This document shows positions 37,511 through 50,509 of a stretch of DNA of 63,894 nucleotides, one piece after another. Positions within the stretch are counted from its first letter, which is position 1. Each line of letters begins with the position of its first letter. The notes under the pieces are model-generated. The model ran no database searches. It was not told where the DNA came from and saw nothing but the letters and a program-made list of their open reading frames with translations. The position numbers and the translations under genes were made by a program. This DNA comes from Octopus bimaculoides (taxonomy: Eukaryota), in the NCBI RefSeq assembly GCF_001194135.2, contig NC_069007.1:5754146-5818039 (forward strand). Direction: 5' to 3'.

Positions 37511-40010
37511 GAACAAAAAGAAAAAGAAAAAGAAAAAAAAACGGAACATTCTGCTGTTGATGGTGATGATGATGTTGATGATGATCGTTAATTCTTCACA
37601 AAATTCATTCTGAAACAATAGCTGATCGGATCTATCAATATTATGAACAAACTGATTGGAACAGAAATTGATAAATATATTTCAACGAGAAATTTTATCA
37701 GCCTCTCTTTCTCTTTCTCAGTTCTAGAGCTTTGTTGAATTTCGGTGCTGGAAAAGTGATGAAACAAAATAATTTTCTCAACGAAAGGAGAAAAAGAAAA
37801 CAATATCACTCGAAGAGATGGTATAGTAAGAATTCATATGATCCCTAAATTCTCATTTTTAAGCTAATCCACTTTCTTCCCATCCAACAAATATATTACT
37901 TTTCCGATGATGATAAGATAAAATAGAAGGTAAATACCTTCATTCGTAACTGATGCTTCATTTAGAGTGCATAGGGCCATATAAGATAACGAGAATATTC
38001 TCCTGTAATGTATTTAATGGAATACATTCCAGTACATAATTAGAATTATAGGAAAAGACAGAATATGATGAAGTATATTCAATTCTTGCAATTTGATTCT
38101 TGCACTGAAAATGCGGGAAAGAAGTTTAATAATAATTTGAGGAACTAGTTTCAATTTTACCATTATTTTTTCACCAAAATATCTCGTATGTCTCTGGAGA
38201 TTAGTTTGTATTTTAATAAAATGGCAGCCGAAATAGTAGAGTGTTATGGAAGTGTACTTTAGAAGTATATCTTTGCAGAAATGGGTTATATTAAGGAAAT
38301 ATATGCATTTCAGATAATGACTATTGTTTGACTTTTATTTCATCCAATTTCTCGGTGCTTTTACAAAATTGCTGAAATGAGTACTTATTTGTCAGAAACA
38401 AGAAAAAAAAAAAAAAGAAAAATATTTATGACATAATCACCATCATACACATCATCATCACCACCACCACCACCACCACCAATAACAACAACAACAACAA
38501 CACCATCATCATTTTCATTTAAATCTGTTTTCCATGCTGGCATGGGTCGGATGGCTTGACAAGAGCCGAAGAACCACAGGACAGTGTCAGGCACTAAAGT
38601 CATCTTTGGCATAGTTTCTTCTCCATTAAACTATTCTGGTACTTAATTTATCGACCCCGAAAGGATGAAAGGCAAGGTCGACCTCGGCGGAATTTGAACT
38701 CAGAACGTAAAGACAGACGAAATACCACTAAGCATTTCGCCCGGTGTGCTAACATTTCTGCCAGCTCGAATAATAATGATGATGATGATGATGAGAAGAA
38801 GAAGAAGTGAACACAGAATTATGAATGTATGCAGTAAAGTGCACTTGCACTGTGAATAGCTGTGTATGGGTTGATGGAGAGATTTTGAATAAAAAGCAGG
38901 GATGGGATTCAGTCGTAAAATGTAACATATTAAAAGCATATTAAATGATGTTTATTTGGTGTTGATGTGTGCAGAACAATTTTGCGTGGGAGCTATGAAA
39001 ACTTTTGAATAAATTACACGTGTAATGAGGTTGCATGGCATTAAACATACATAAACACTCACACACATCTATCTATCTATCTATCTACCTATCTATCTAT
39101 CTATATGTGTGTGTGTGTGTGTGTTCGTGTGTGTGTATGTATGTATGTATATGTATAAAGATATATAATTATACAAGATACAATAATATTTAAGGGTACA
39201 AAACCTATCATACTTATATACTCTTTTACTTGTTTCAGTCATTTGACTGCGGCCATGCTGGAGCACCGCCTTTAGTCAAGCAAATCGACCCCGGGACTTA
39301 TTCTTTGTAAGCCTACTACTTATTCTATCGGTCTCTTTTTGCCGAACCGCTAAGTTACGGGGACGTAAACACACCAGCATCAGTTGTCAAGCGTGCTAAC
39401 GTTTCTGCCAGTTTCTATGTCTGATTTACCATAGTTTCTGCAACCAGATGCCCTTCTTAATTCCAACCATTTCACAGAGTGTACTGGGTGCTTTTTACAC
39501 GGCACTGGCACCAGGGAGGTTATCAAATACCTGCAACATAAGAACCTCTCAAGTGAGTGAGGTAGAGACTGAGGAATAAGAAGCAAGTAACAATAATGGA
39601 TCACGATGGTGATGATGACAACGATGATGATTATGGTGATGAGGATAGATTTGATGGTGATGATGATGATGATGTTCATGATAAAGATGTGATGACGACG
39701 ATGGCAATGATGATGAAGCTGATGGTGAGGATGACAATAGTGATGATGATGATGATGACAATAGTGATGATGATGATGATGACAATAGTGAAGTTGATGA
39801 TGAAGTTGATGGTGATGGTGAATATAGCGTTGATAATGATGATGATGATGATGTTGGTGATGATGATGATCATAATGATGGTCAAGATAATGATGATGAC
39901 AAAGCCAATAGCAACACTGCTGGTTGTGATGACAACAATGACAACAATCATGATAAGAACAAATTAAATCTAACTATCACAGTGTGTCATAACAAAGAGA
40001 CAGAAATGCA

Positions 40011-40058
<48 letters not shown>

Positions 40059-40825
40059 CAAACACACACATATATATTCAAATATACATATGGAAGTATG
40101 TGTGGACATGCATTATGGGCTTCTACACAGTTTCCATCTACCAAATACACTCACAAAACCCCAGTGGACCTGATGCTATAAAAGAAAGCACTTGCCCACA
40201 GTACCCCACCCTAGGACTGAACTCGAAACCCCCTGATTATGAAGCAATACCCTTAACCACGCAGCCAAACCTACCTTGTTTGTTGTGAAAGATATTTTAA
40301 TGCTAGCAAACAATTTAAACCATATTCCTTTATACTTTCAAAGGTCACTCAGTTAATAAAACCACCAGCTCTGGTTAAAAATTAAACATTTATTTATTTT
40401 ATTTTTGTTAACGAATCCTTTAATTATTGCTTGGTTTGTTTGCATAATTCAAACAAACCAATAAATAATTAATGGAGTTGTTAACAATAAAGACACGAGC
40501 TATAATCAAAATGCATGTTTTATTATCAAAATGACCCTTCAAAGTGCAATGAAACTTTTTATGGTCAGTGGGAAGTAGCTTGATCTTTGCTTGCTGGCAA
40601 ATTGGCAGCTATGGACACACTTCAGTCTTGAATACACACATGTACACATACACACGCATGCATGTGCATGTGATTATAAATATATTGTGTGCGGGCATGG
40701 CTGTATGGTTAACAAACTTGCTTTGTAACCATGTGCTCTTCAGTTCAGTTCCACAGATTGACACTTTAGCCCTGGGCCAAACAATGTCTTGTTAGTGGTT
40801 TTGTTGACAGAAACTGAAAGAAGCC

Positions 40826-41052
40826 AGCGGGCTGGCAGAATTGTTAGCATGCCGGGCGAAATGCTTAGCAGTATATCGTCTGCTGTTATGTTCTGAGTTC
40901 AAATTCCGCTGAGGTCAACTTTGCCTTTCATCCTTTCGAGGTCGATAAATTAAGTACCAGTTACACACTTGGGTCGATGTAATCGACTTAATCCCGTTGC
41001 CTGTCCTTGTTTGTCCCCTCTATGTTTAGCCCCTTTTGGGCAATAAAGAAAT
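40826..41052 (+). mobile_element. SINE family C with the C2 tail
   Basis: Head gcgggctggcagaattgttagc; tail ctgtccttgtttgtcccctc...gggcaataaagaaata. Confidence 0.85.
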
Positions 41053-41299
41053 AAAAAACTGAAAGAAGCCAATCATATTTTTTCTTTTCTTTTCCCTTTT
41101 TACTTGTTCTAGTCATTTGACTGTGGCCATGCTGGGGCATCACTTTGAGGAATTCTAGTTGAATAAATTGACTCCAGGACTTATTTTCTTTCAAGCCTGC
41201 TACTTTATTCTATTGATCACTTTTGCTGAACCACTAAGTTAGGGGAACAAACAGAGACACAAACAAAGACGCACACATGGGTGTATATATATATATTCG

Positions 41300-41730
41300 A
41301 GACCTTTGGAAATGTGCTGTGCGTGAGAAGACCCGGCAAGCCAAGTGAGATCGTTGCCAGTGCCCCTGGACTGGCTCTTGTGCGGGTGGCACATAAGATG
41401 TACCATCCTGAGCATGACCGTTGCCAGTACCGCCTGACTGGCCTTGTAGGGTTTTCGAGCGAGATCGTTGCCAGTGCCCCTGGACTGGCTCTTGTGCGGG
41501 TGGCACATAAAAGACACCATTTCGAGCGTGGCCGTTTTCATGCGGGTGACACGTAAAAGCACCCACTACACTCTCTGAGTGGTTGGCGTTAGGAAGGGCA
41601 TCCAGCTGTAGAAACTCTGCCAAATTAGATTGGAGCCTGGTGTAGCCATCCGGTTGCACTAGTCCTCAGTCAAATCGTCCAACCCATGCTAGCATGGAAA
41701 GCGGACGTTAAACGATGATGATGATGATGA
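41300..41730 (+). mobile_element. SINE family D with a duplicated internal repeat
   Basis: gagatcgttgccagtgcccctggactggctcttgtgcgggtggcacataa occurs twice. Ends ggacgttaaac(gat)n. Confidence 0.85.
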
Positions 41731-41806
41731 TATAATTAAAAGGGTAAAGGATTATCAATTTATTAATTGTGGTGAAGCAACCTGTTACTGATCCCTTAAT
41801 TTTGTT

Positions 41807-41869
<63 letters not shown>

Positions 41870-42036
41870 GTGATGGGCTTCTTTCAGTTTCCAATCTACC
41901 AAATTCACTTACAAGGCTTTGGTCACCCCAAGCCTATCTATAGTGGAAGACACTTGCTTCGGTGAAACTGAACCTGGAACCATGGTTCCAGGTTCAGTTT
42001 CACTGTACATATATGTGTATATGTATTATATTTATG

Positions 42037-42062
<26 letters not shown>

Positions 42063-42067
<5 letters not shown>

Positions 42068-42205
42068 TCGCCATGATAGATTGCTAGCCACTACACATTC
42101 TTTATTTTCTCTCCTTGTTTTTTTCTGTGTTACTTTCTGTGGAAGAGCATAGGCTCGAAACATTAAAGACTTTTTCACTTCCTGAATGTTAAACTAATAC
42201 ATTAA
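42063..42205 (+). mobile_element. Penelope-like pLTR fragment with a hammerhead-like motif (42133-42168)
   Basis: CTTT-CTGTGGA-A-GAGC(ATAG)GCTC-GAAAC-ATT-AAAG. Confidence 0.55.
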
Positions 42206-42235
42206 GTAAATGATATCTATCTATCTATCTATCTA

Positions 42236-42272
<37 letters not shown>

Positions 42273-42274
<2 letters not shown>

Positions 42275-42431
42275 GTAAAAATATGTGACACTTATTCGGT
42301 AGCAATGATAAGACTCTGGGTTTTGGTGGGAACTCACGCCAACATCTCTTCAGTTATCTGACCATTGAAAATTCCGGTGAAAACCCAGACTTTTATCATG
42401 GCTACCGAAAAAGTGTCACATATTTTTACAG
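42273..42431. mobile_element. 159-bp foldback element with ~50-bp inverted arms and a decayed hammerhead motif on the minus strand
   Basis: ctgtaaaaatatgtgacactt...gggtttt pairs with aaaacccagac...gtgtcacatatttttacag. Confidence 0.75.
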
Positions 42432-42499
42432 ATAAATTCCTCTATTTAGATAATATCGAGGTTTCTTTCTTTCTTTTGTTGTCTTTTCTATCACTATAT

Positions 42500-42535
42500 A
42501 TGTGTGTGTGTGTGTGTGTGTGTGAATATACAGCT

Positions 42536-42609
<74 letters not shown>

Positions 42610-43129
42610 CACATAGACAGACGGATAGATAGACAGACAGAGAAGGTAGGTAGATAGATAGATAGATAGATAGATAGATGGACAGACAGGAAAGGTAGGT
42701 AGATAGATAGATAAATTAATTGATTGATTGAAATCAAGAGAGATATGAAGAGAAATAAATGGATGGTCAGGCAAATGGACAATTGATCAGTCAGTCAGTG
42801 ACCGACTTGCACATTGATAGGTGGATATCTATGTAGATGGATGGCACCATATCAGATCAGACAAGAACAGCTAGAAACGATGTAGAAATAAACAGTTGGA
42901 ATCACTTTAAGATCTTGCTAGTTATTTCTTTGAGTGAAGGTGAGAGAAAGAGAGCAACTGTTATGGAGAAAGAAAGAGAGATGCAGAGAAAGGGAGAGAG
43001 AGAGAGAAATTGCTTATGAAGAAAAGAGAAAGAAAGAGACGTACAATCAGACAGATAGGCAGACAAACCAATAGATGAAAGATAGACAGGTAGATAGAGA
43101 GAGAGAGAGATAGATAGATAGGTAGGTAG

Positions 43130-43194
<65 letters not shown>

Positions 43195-43328
43195 NNNNNN
43201 NNNNNNNNNNNNNNNNNNNNNNNNNNNNNNNNNNNNNNNNNNNNNNNNNNNNNNNNNNNNNNNNNNNNNNNNNNNNNNNNNNNNNNNNNNNNNNNNNNNN
43301 NNNNNNNNNNNNNNNNNNNNNNNNNNNN

Positions 43329-43379
<51 letters not shown>

Positions 43380-43630
43380 GACAGACAGACAGACAGACAG
43401 ACAGATAGATAGATAATAGTTAGGTAGGTAGGTAGATAGATAGATAACTAGATAGATAAATAGATAGATAGATGAAAAAATAGTTGGATAGACTGATAGA
43501 TAGATAGATAGATAGACAGACAGATAGAGGTAGATAGATAGATAGATAGGTAGATAGATAGATAGAGACAGACAGACAGATAGATAGATATATAGATAGA
43601 GAGTGAGAGAGAGAGAGAGAGAGTGGGGGG
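42500..43630. repeat. (GATA)n/(GA)n/(GACA)n compound microsatellite field
   Basis: Direct inspection. Confidence 0.95.
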
Positions 43631-44396
43631 GGTGAGAGAGTGAGCAAGTGAAACATTTCCTGAAACCGTAATGGGAACAATGTAAAAGAAAAAATATCCG
43701 TTAACAATTGACAATTCCGATTTAGAAGATTTTCCTTTTTTCTTTTCAGTTCTTTTTTTTTGTCTTTTATCTCGACATGGAGCAAACTCGGGTTTTGCTT
43801 TTCTTTTCCTTTTTTTTTTCACATTTATTTATTTATTCATTTATTAATCTATTTATTTATTTATTTATTCATTTATTTATTGTTTTTTTTTTTCTTTCTC
43901 TCATCTCGAAATGTTTCCAAATTTCAACTTTGGCACCATTCGATTTAACTTCCTATTGTTGCTGTGATTACTGTTATTGTCTTTTGCTGTTGTCATCATG
44001 ACTAGCACCGTTGCTATTGGCACTCAGTGTCATCGTCATCATCATCATCATCAACATTGCTATCACCATCATCTTCACCATTGTCATCATTGACTTAATC
44101 GTTGTCGCTATCACCATCGCTGCTACCACCACCATCACCACCACTATCATCATAATCATCATCATCATCATTGTTATCATCACTGTTGTCACCATTATTA
44201 TAATCATTGTTATCGACATCGTCATCATCATTACCATCATAATCATCATCAACATTGTCACTACCAGCCATCAATATTGTCATCATCATCATCATCACCA
44301 TCATTATCACCACCACTATGATCACTATGGCCACCACTATCACTGCCGCCACCATACAACAGCCATCATCATTGATTTCTTCCAGGGATGAAGAAG

Positions 44397-44431
<35 letters not shown>

Positions 44432-44884
44432 AGAGAGAAGAGCACCTGATCTCCTTCCCACGACACCACCACTCCAGTACAAAACTGGCATTATGATTGT
44501 CAGCCCTGTAGGATGAAAAGCAACATTGACCATGGTAAGACTTGAACTCACCACATAGAGGTTCACAGCATGTATGTGCCTTTTTAACCTCACTTTTATT
44601 GCTATTCTTATTTTAGTGTCCTTTGTCTTAAATCTTTCATTACACACCCTGTGACCTCTTCATTGACTCTCCCTGCCACATCTCTCCTCCTGTTCCCTTT
44701 AATTCATTCTGTCTTTCTTTTTCAGGTTTCTCTGTCAACTCAAAAATAATATTTATTTTTTATTTATTCACATTAATGATTAAAATTAATCATGGATTAT
44801 CCCATAGCTTTGAGATTTCAATGACATGGTTGCTTATTTTTAGAATGATATTGTAGGGCAAGTGTGAGAGGCCAGATCTGACTG

Positions 44885-45027
44885 ATGATTTTATTCAGCA
44901 CATTCCCTTCTCGGATTCACACACTTATTGCAGCAGTCCTTCAGTTTTCCTAAGAAGTCAGAAGTTTGGTCCTCCAACCAGGTCTTTTGCAATGCCCTTA
45001 AAGCCAAGAACTTTTCAGCACCCCTCA
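44885..45027 (+). mobile_element. Right part of a mariner-type MITE (family of 62058-62274)
   Basis: tgattttattca...cctccaacca...taaagccaagaacttttcagcacccctca. Confidence 0.75.
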
Positions 45028-45074
45028 CCCTCACAAACTACACAGCCCTACAACCTATCTTTACAACAATACCT

Positions 45075-45304
45075 ATTTCTTTACTGCCCACAAGGGGCTA
45101 CACAGAGAGGGGACAAACAAGGACAGACAAAGGGATTAAGTCGATTACATCGACCCCAGTGCGTAACTGGTGCTTAATTTATCGACCCCGAAAGGATGAA
45201 AGGCAAAGTCGACCTCAGCGGAATTTGAACTCAGAACGTAACGGCAAACGAAATACTGGTAAGCATTTCGCTCGGCGTGCTAACGCTTCTGCCAGCTCAC
45301 CGCC
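45075..45304 (-). mobile_element. SINE family C with the C2 tail, full length
   Basis: Reverse complement of 40826-41052. Confidence 0.9.
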
Positions 45305-46080
45305 TTACAACAATACCTCCACCCCACGACCCATGATCACCACTCACTCCAGGACCCTTCAATCTCCAAATTCTACTCCCAGCCACTCTATTTTCTCTGA
45401 CCATAACTTGCTATTGGCGTCTTCCCCAACACTAAATATCTCCTCTAACATTCTTATGGAATAACCACCTCTATCACCTTTGCACTGTTTATACTCACAC
45501 CCTGTTCCCCTGCAGCTAGACCCCTATACATCTCCAACACCATCTATTTTTCTCTCTCTCACCCAGACCATCTTTCTATCTTTCCTACTGTCTCTCCATT
45601 CCTCTCCTTCCATGTTCTTCTGGGGTAGCCAAGTATCTTCTCTAGAGTAGGACAACTACCTTCGTCCCTTTGCTTCACTCTAACTACCATGTAAAATGCT
45701 CCCAGTACGCTCTGTAAAATGGTTGGCATTAGGAAAGGCATCCAGGTGTAGAAACCGTACTTAAAAAGGCAGATACTTCTACAAGAGTTGATGCAGCTCT
45801 GCAGCTGGCCAAACAATTCCACCCATACCAGCATGGAAACAGCTGTTAAGTCATGATGATGACGATGTTCTATGCAGTGGTTTGTGTCAATAAGTAAATC
45901 TTATAGGGCCCAGTATATTTATTTGCTTGGGGACTTATGAAGTTGCTTAGATTGCCTTGCAGGGTGGCATATGCCTTCAATACACAACTAATGATGTGAA
46001 ATCGAAATAGATTTGAGTTGCAGTAAAATTTTCTTTAATTTATGGAGAACTGTGTTTATCAATTTCTCCATTCTCTGCAG

Positions 46081-46125
46081 CAAGGAATCTAAGAAGTCTT
46101 CCAAAAGAGATACAAGATACAGAAG
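46081..46125 (+). CDS. Candidate 45-nt symmetric exon on the plus strand
   Basis: Acceptor tttctccattctctgcag| and donor AAG|GTGTGT. Open as xRNLRSLPKEIQDTE or xKESKKSSKRDTRYR. Confidence 0.25.
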
Positions 46126-47190
46126 GTGTGTGGTGGCGGTGGTGGCGACGGTAGTGGTGATGGTATGGGAAGTGGGGGAGAAAGAAATGGTTATTTTTTT
46201 TTTCTTAGAGTTTTTTACTGATTTGAAATATATCATGTTGTATGCAAATATATTTTATGGAATTGTGGCATTATCTCATTCTTCTTTAACATGTTCTGTG
46301 GCAGCAGTAGCAGCAGTAGCAGCAACAACAACAACAACAAAATCAGCAGCAATGAAAACAAGACGGCAGCCAAAACAACGACCGAAAGAGCAACAACATA
46401 AATAAGAACGGCAAAAGCGAAAAAACACCGAGAGTGACAACAAAAACGAGAACAGCAAAAGCAAAAACAACAAGAGCAAGAACAAGAAGAAGAACAACAA
46501 AGGTGAAAACAACAGTAAGAACTACATCAGACACAACAATAGTACAAACAACAACAACAACAGGTAAAATATCAAGAGAAAATGTAGCAAAAAAGAATAA
46601 ATCAAGAATGCTAACAACAATTATGTAGCTACAACAACAACAATAATAAGGACAATAAAAACAATAAGACAAGATTAAGATCAACAGAAAAACAAGAAAG
46701 AAAAATCAAAAATGAAAACATAAAAAACAACAATAGCAACCACAGAGTAGAGGTGAATGGCTTAGTGGTGAAACTGTGGGACTCATGATTGTAAGATTGT
46801 GGTTTCGATTCCTGCCTGGATGATGTGTTTTTGTTCTTGAGCAAAAATACTTGGTTTCATGTTGTTCCAGTCCACTCAGTTGCTAAAAAATGAGTCATCC
46901 AGTGAAGGACTGGCGTTCCATCCAGGAAGGAAGGAATATACACAAGAGAAACCAGGGAAATCGATCCTATGCAACTTACTGAGAAATGTAGACTTGCTGA
47001 TGTATGTATGTATGTACGTATGTATACATGTATGCACGTATGTATGTATGCGTGCATGTATGCATGTAGGCATGTGTGCATGTATATATATGTTCAGATT
47101 TGTATGTTTTGCTTTATCTATATATTCTCATGTGGAGGTGCAATGGCCCAGTGGTTAGGGCAATGGACTCGTGGTCATAGGATCGCGGTT

Positions 47191-47309
47191 TCAATTAAAA
47201 AACATATATAAAATCAAATTGCCCATAAAAAGCATTTGCTGTCCACGGACCCCCTGTCTTGTCCTTGCGGACCCCCTGTGGTCCGTGGACCACAGTTTGA
47301 AAAGCCCTG
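47191..47309 (+). mobile_element. Right end of the hAT-type MITE, fused to a family B head (47133-47198)
   Basis: Matches about 13995-14080 and ends ggaccacagtttgaaaagccctg. Confidence 0.75.
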
Positions 47310-47736
47310 CCATGGTAGACTACTTTGATGATCAATGTCACTATCATCTCTGAGCTACGTATGTATGTGTGTGTGTGTATGTTTGTGTGTGTGTGTGAAT
47401 ATGTATGGGGAGGCACATGGTTTAATGGTTAGGGTATTGGAGTAATGATTGTAAGATTGTGGTTTCGATTCCTCGAGCAGGTGATGCATTGTTCTTGAGT
47501 AAAAGCTCTTCATATTCATGTTACTCCAATCCCCTCAGCTGCTAAAAACGAGTAATCCTGTGGCTGACCGATGTCCTGTCCAGAGAAGAAAGAATATATG
47601 CCAGGGAACCCAAGAAATCACCCTCACGCTCCTTATGGAGTCATGTCGACTTCCCCATGTATGCATGTATGTATGTATGCATGTATGTATGTATGTATGT
47701 ATGTGGAGGTGCACGGCTTAGTGGTTAGTGTGTAGG

Positions 47737-48123
47737 GTGGAGATGCAATGGCCCAGTGGTTAGGGCAGCGGGCTCGCAGTCATAGGATCGCGGTTTCGAT
47801 TCCCAGGCCAGGCGTTGTGAGGGTTTATTGAGCGAAAACACCTAAAGCTCCAAGAGGCTCCGGCAGGGGATGGTGGCGAACCCTGCTGTACTCTTCCACC
47901 ACAGCTTTCTCTCACTCTTACTTCCTGTTTCTGTTGTGCCTGTAATTCAAAGGGTCAGCCTTGTCACACTGTGTCATGCTGAATATCCCCGAGAACTACG
48001 TTAAGGGTACACGTGTCTGTGGAGTGCTCAGCCACTGGCACGTTAATTTCACGAGCAGGCTGTTCCGTTGATTGGATCAACTGGAACCCTCGACGTCGGA
48101 AGTGACGGAGTGCCAACAACAAC
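47737..48123 (+). mobile_element. SINE family B, full length, (CAA)n tail
   Basis: tRNA-like head with A box tggcccagtggtt and B box ggtttcgattcc. Ends ggagtgccaacaacaac. Confidence 0.92.
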
Positions 48124-49559
48124 CTATCAGGGTGAACATTAGTCTTTAGCCTAATGTGGGATAGATGGGGGCAGCCATGGACCGGTAGAGCATCAGTCGG
48201 AATGCTTTATAGTAGACTTGCTGTTGCTGTTGTTATTCATGTTGTTGTTGATGATGTTTAGCCTTAGATCAACCCTGATCGACCAGACATCTGACCAGCA
48301 ACACCCCAGACATAATCACTTCGCCTTTGTCATAGTCTAACTAGTACTACATTATCTAATGTGTCCTCTTTCTTAAGACAACAGTGATATCAATTCAAGA
48401 GAGATTTAACTGGTATCTTGAACAAGTCAACCAACCAACCAAACACATAAATGCTTCTCTTATCTTTTACCAATTTGAAATATATCAAGTTCTAAGAAAT
48501 ACGTCTTGTAAAGCATTGCCTTATCTGCTTCTCCTTGTGTTTTTCCACAACAAAAAACATCGTCACCGCCACCAACACCAACAACAATAACAACAAGAAT
48601 GGAAGTTCTTCAGTCATTTTCTGTTAGTAACTTGAACCCATGCCAAAATGTGTGGTTCTAGAATTTTGGTATTTTGATCTTTTTGCAAAAATTCGTCCTT
48701 TCATATGTGCCTGTGGTAAGAAGCTTGCTTCCCAGTCACATGGCTTCAGGTTCACTCCCACTGTTTGGCACCTTGGGTAAATATCTTTTATGACAGCCCC
48801 CAGACTTGAGAGTCGATTTGTTAGCTGGAAATAGAAAGAAGCCATTTATCTATCTATCTATCTATCTATCTATTTATCTATCNNNNNNNNNNNNNNNNNN
48901 NNNNNNNNNNNNNNNNNNNNNNNNNNNNNNNNNNNNNNNNNNNNNNNNNNNNNNNNNNNNNNNNNNNNNNNNNNNNNNNNNNNNNNNNNNNNNNNNNNNN
49001 NNNNNNNNNNNNNNNNNNNNNNNNNNNNNNNNNNNNNNNNNNNNNNNNNNNNNNNNNNNNNNNNNNNNNNNNNNNNNNNNNNNNNNNNNNNNNNNNNNNN
49101 NNNNNNNNNNNNNNNNNNNNNNNNNNNNNNNNNNNNNNNNNNNNNNNNNNNNNNNNNNNNNNNNNNNNNNNNNNNNNNNNNNNNNNNNNNNNNNNNNNNN
49201 NNNNNNNNNNNNNNNNNNNNNNNNNNNNNNNNNNNNNNNNNNNNNNNNNNNNNNNNNNNNNNNNNNNNNNNNNNNNNNNNNNNNNNNNNNNNNNNNNNNN
49301 NNNNNNNNNNNNNNNNNNNNNNNNNNNNNNNNNNNNNNNNNNNNATATATATATATATATATATAGTTTTAGGGAAAAGAACCAAGGTTTATGAACTCAT
49401 CGATGAAAATCCACTGTCACATATTTGACTCTGTGAAACTTAATTTAATTTTAATTTTTTATAAATTGATTTTAATTGATTTTTACCTGTAATTTTGGAT
49501 TATGTCCCTAATATTATTAGTATATATATACATATATATACATACACACACCTATCTAT

Positions 49560-50450
49560 ATAGGCACTGGCATGACTGTGTGGTAAGAAGTTTGCCTTCT
49601 CAACCACATCATTCGAGGTTCAGTCCTACTGCATGGCACTTTGGATCAGTGTCTTCTACTATAGCCTTGGGTTCACCAAAACATTATGAGTGGAGCTGGT
49701 AGATGCAAACTAAAAGAAGTTTGTTGTGTGTGTGTGTGTGTGTGTGCATGTGCATGTGTGTATGTGCATGCGTTTGTATGTCTTTGTGTCTGTGCTTGTC
49801 CCCCACCACCACTCGATAACCAGTCTTGGTGTGTTTACATCCCCGTAACTTAGCAGTTCAGTAAAAGAGATCAATAGAATAAGTACCAAACTTAGCAAAA
49901 AAATTAAGTAATGGGGTCAATTCATTTGACTTTAAATTCTTCAAGATGCTGCCCCAGCATGGCCACAGTTTAATAACTGAAACAATGAAAAGATAAATGA
50001 TATATATATATATATATATATAGGCGTAGGAGTGGCTGTGTGGTAAAGTAGCTTGCTTAGCAACCACATGGTTCTGGGTTCAGTTTCACTGCGTGGCACC
50101 TTGGGCAAGTGTCTTCTGCTATAGCCTTGGGCTGACCAAAGCCTTGTGAGTGGATTTGGTAGACGGAAACTGAAAAAAGCCTGTCGTACATATGTATATA
50201 TATAGGTGTGTGTGGTGTGTGTGTGGTGTGTGTGTATGTTTGTGTGTCTGTGTTTGTCCCCCCAACATCGCTTGACAACCGATGCTGGTGTGTTTACGTC
50301 CCCGTAACTTAGCAGTTCGGCAAAAGAGTGTGATAGAATAAGTACTAGGCTCACAAAGAATAAGTCCTGGGGTCGATTTGCTCGACAAAAGGCGGTGCTC
50401 CAGCATGGCCACAGTCAAATGACTGAAACAAGTAAAAGAGTAAAAGAGAG
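49560..50450 (+). mobile_element. Two tandem family A SINEs (older 49560-49990; younger 50023-50450)
   Basis: Both match family A. Confidence 0.88.
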
Positions 50451-50509
50451 TATATATATATATATATATATATAAAGGAAAAGGTCACAAATGAAGTTTA
50501 AAATGTATG

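Noticed and set aside
37588-37809. ORF with a DPISY motif resembling GPCR TM7
   Set aside because: The spacing to the putative TM6 proline is far too short and there are no splice signals, so it is probably chance.
41330-41540. Repeat-spacer-like pattern resembling CRISPR (also 34500-34700, 12760-12910, 15020-15290)
   Set aside because: These are internal tandem units of SINE family D. There are no unique regular spacers or cas genes, and the DNA is eukaryotic.
47737-47815. tRNA-Arg-like sequence
   Set aside because: It is a SINE head: it lacks a proper cloverleaf and is always followed by the family B body. No true tRNA gene was found.
48470-48560. Minus-strand segment EADKAMLYKTYFLELDIFQI with a G|GTAAAA donor
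   Set aside because: There is no adequate polypyrimidine acceptor, so support is too weak.
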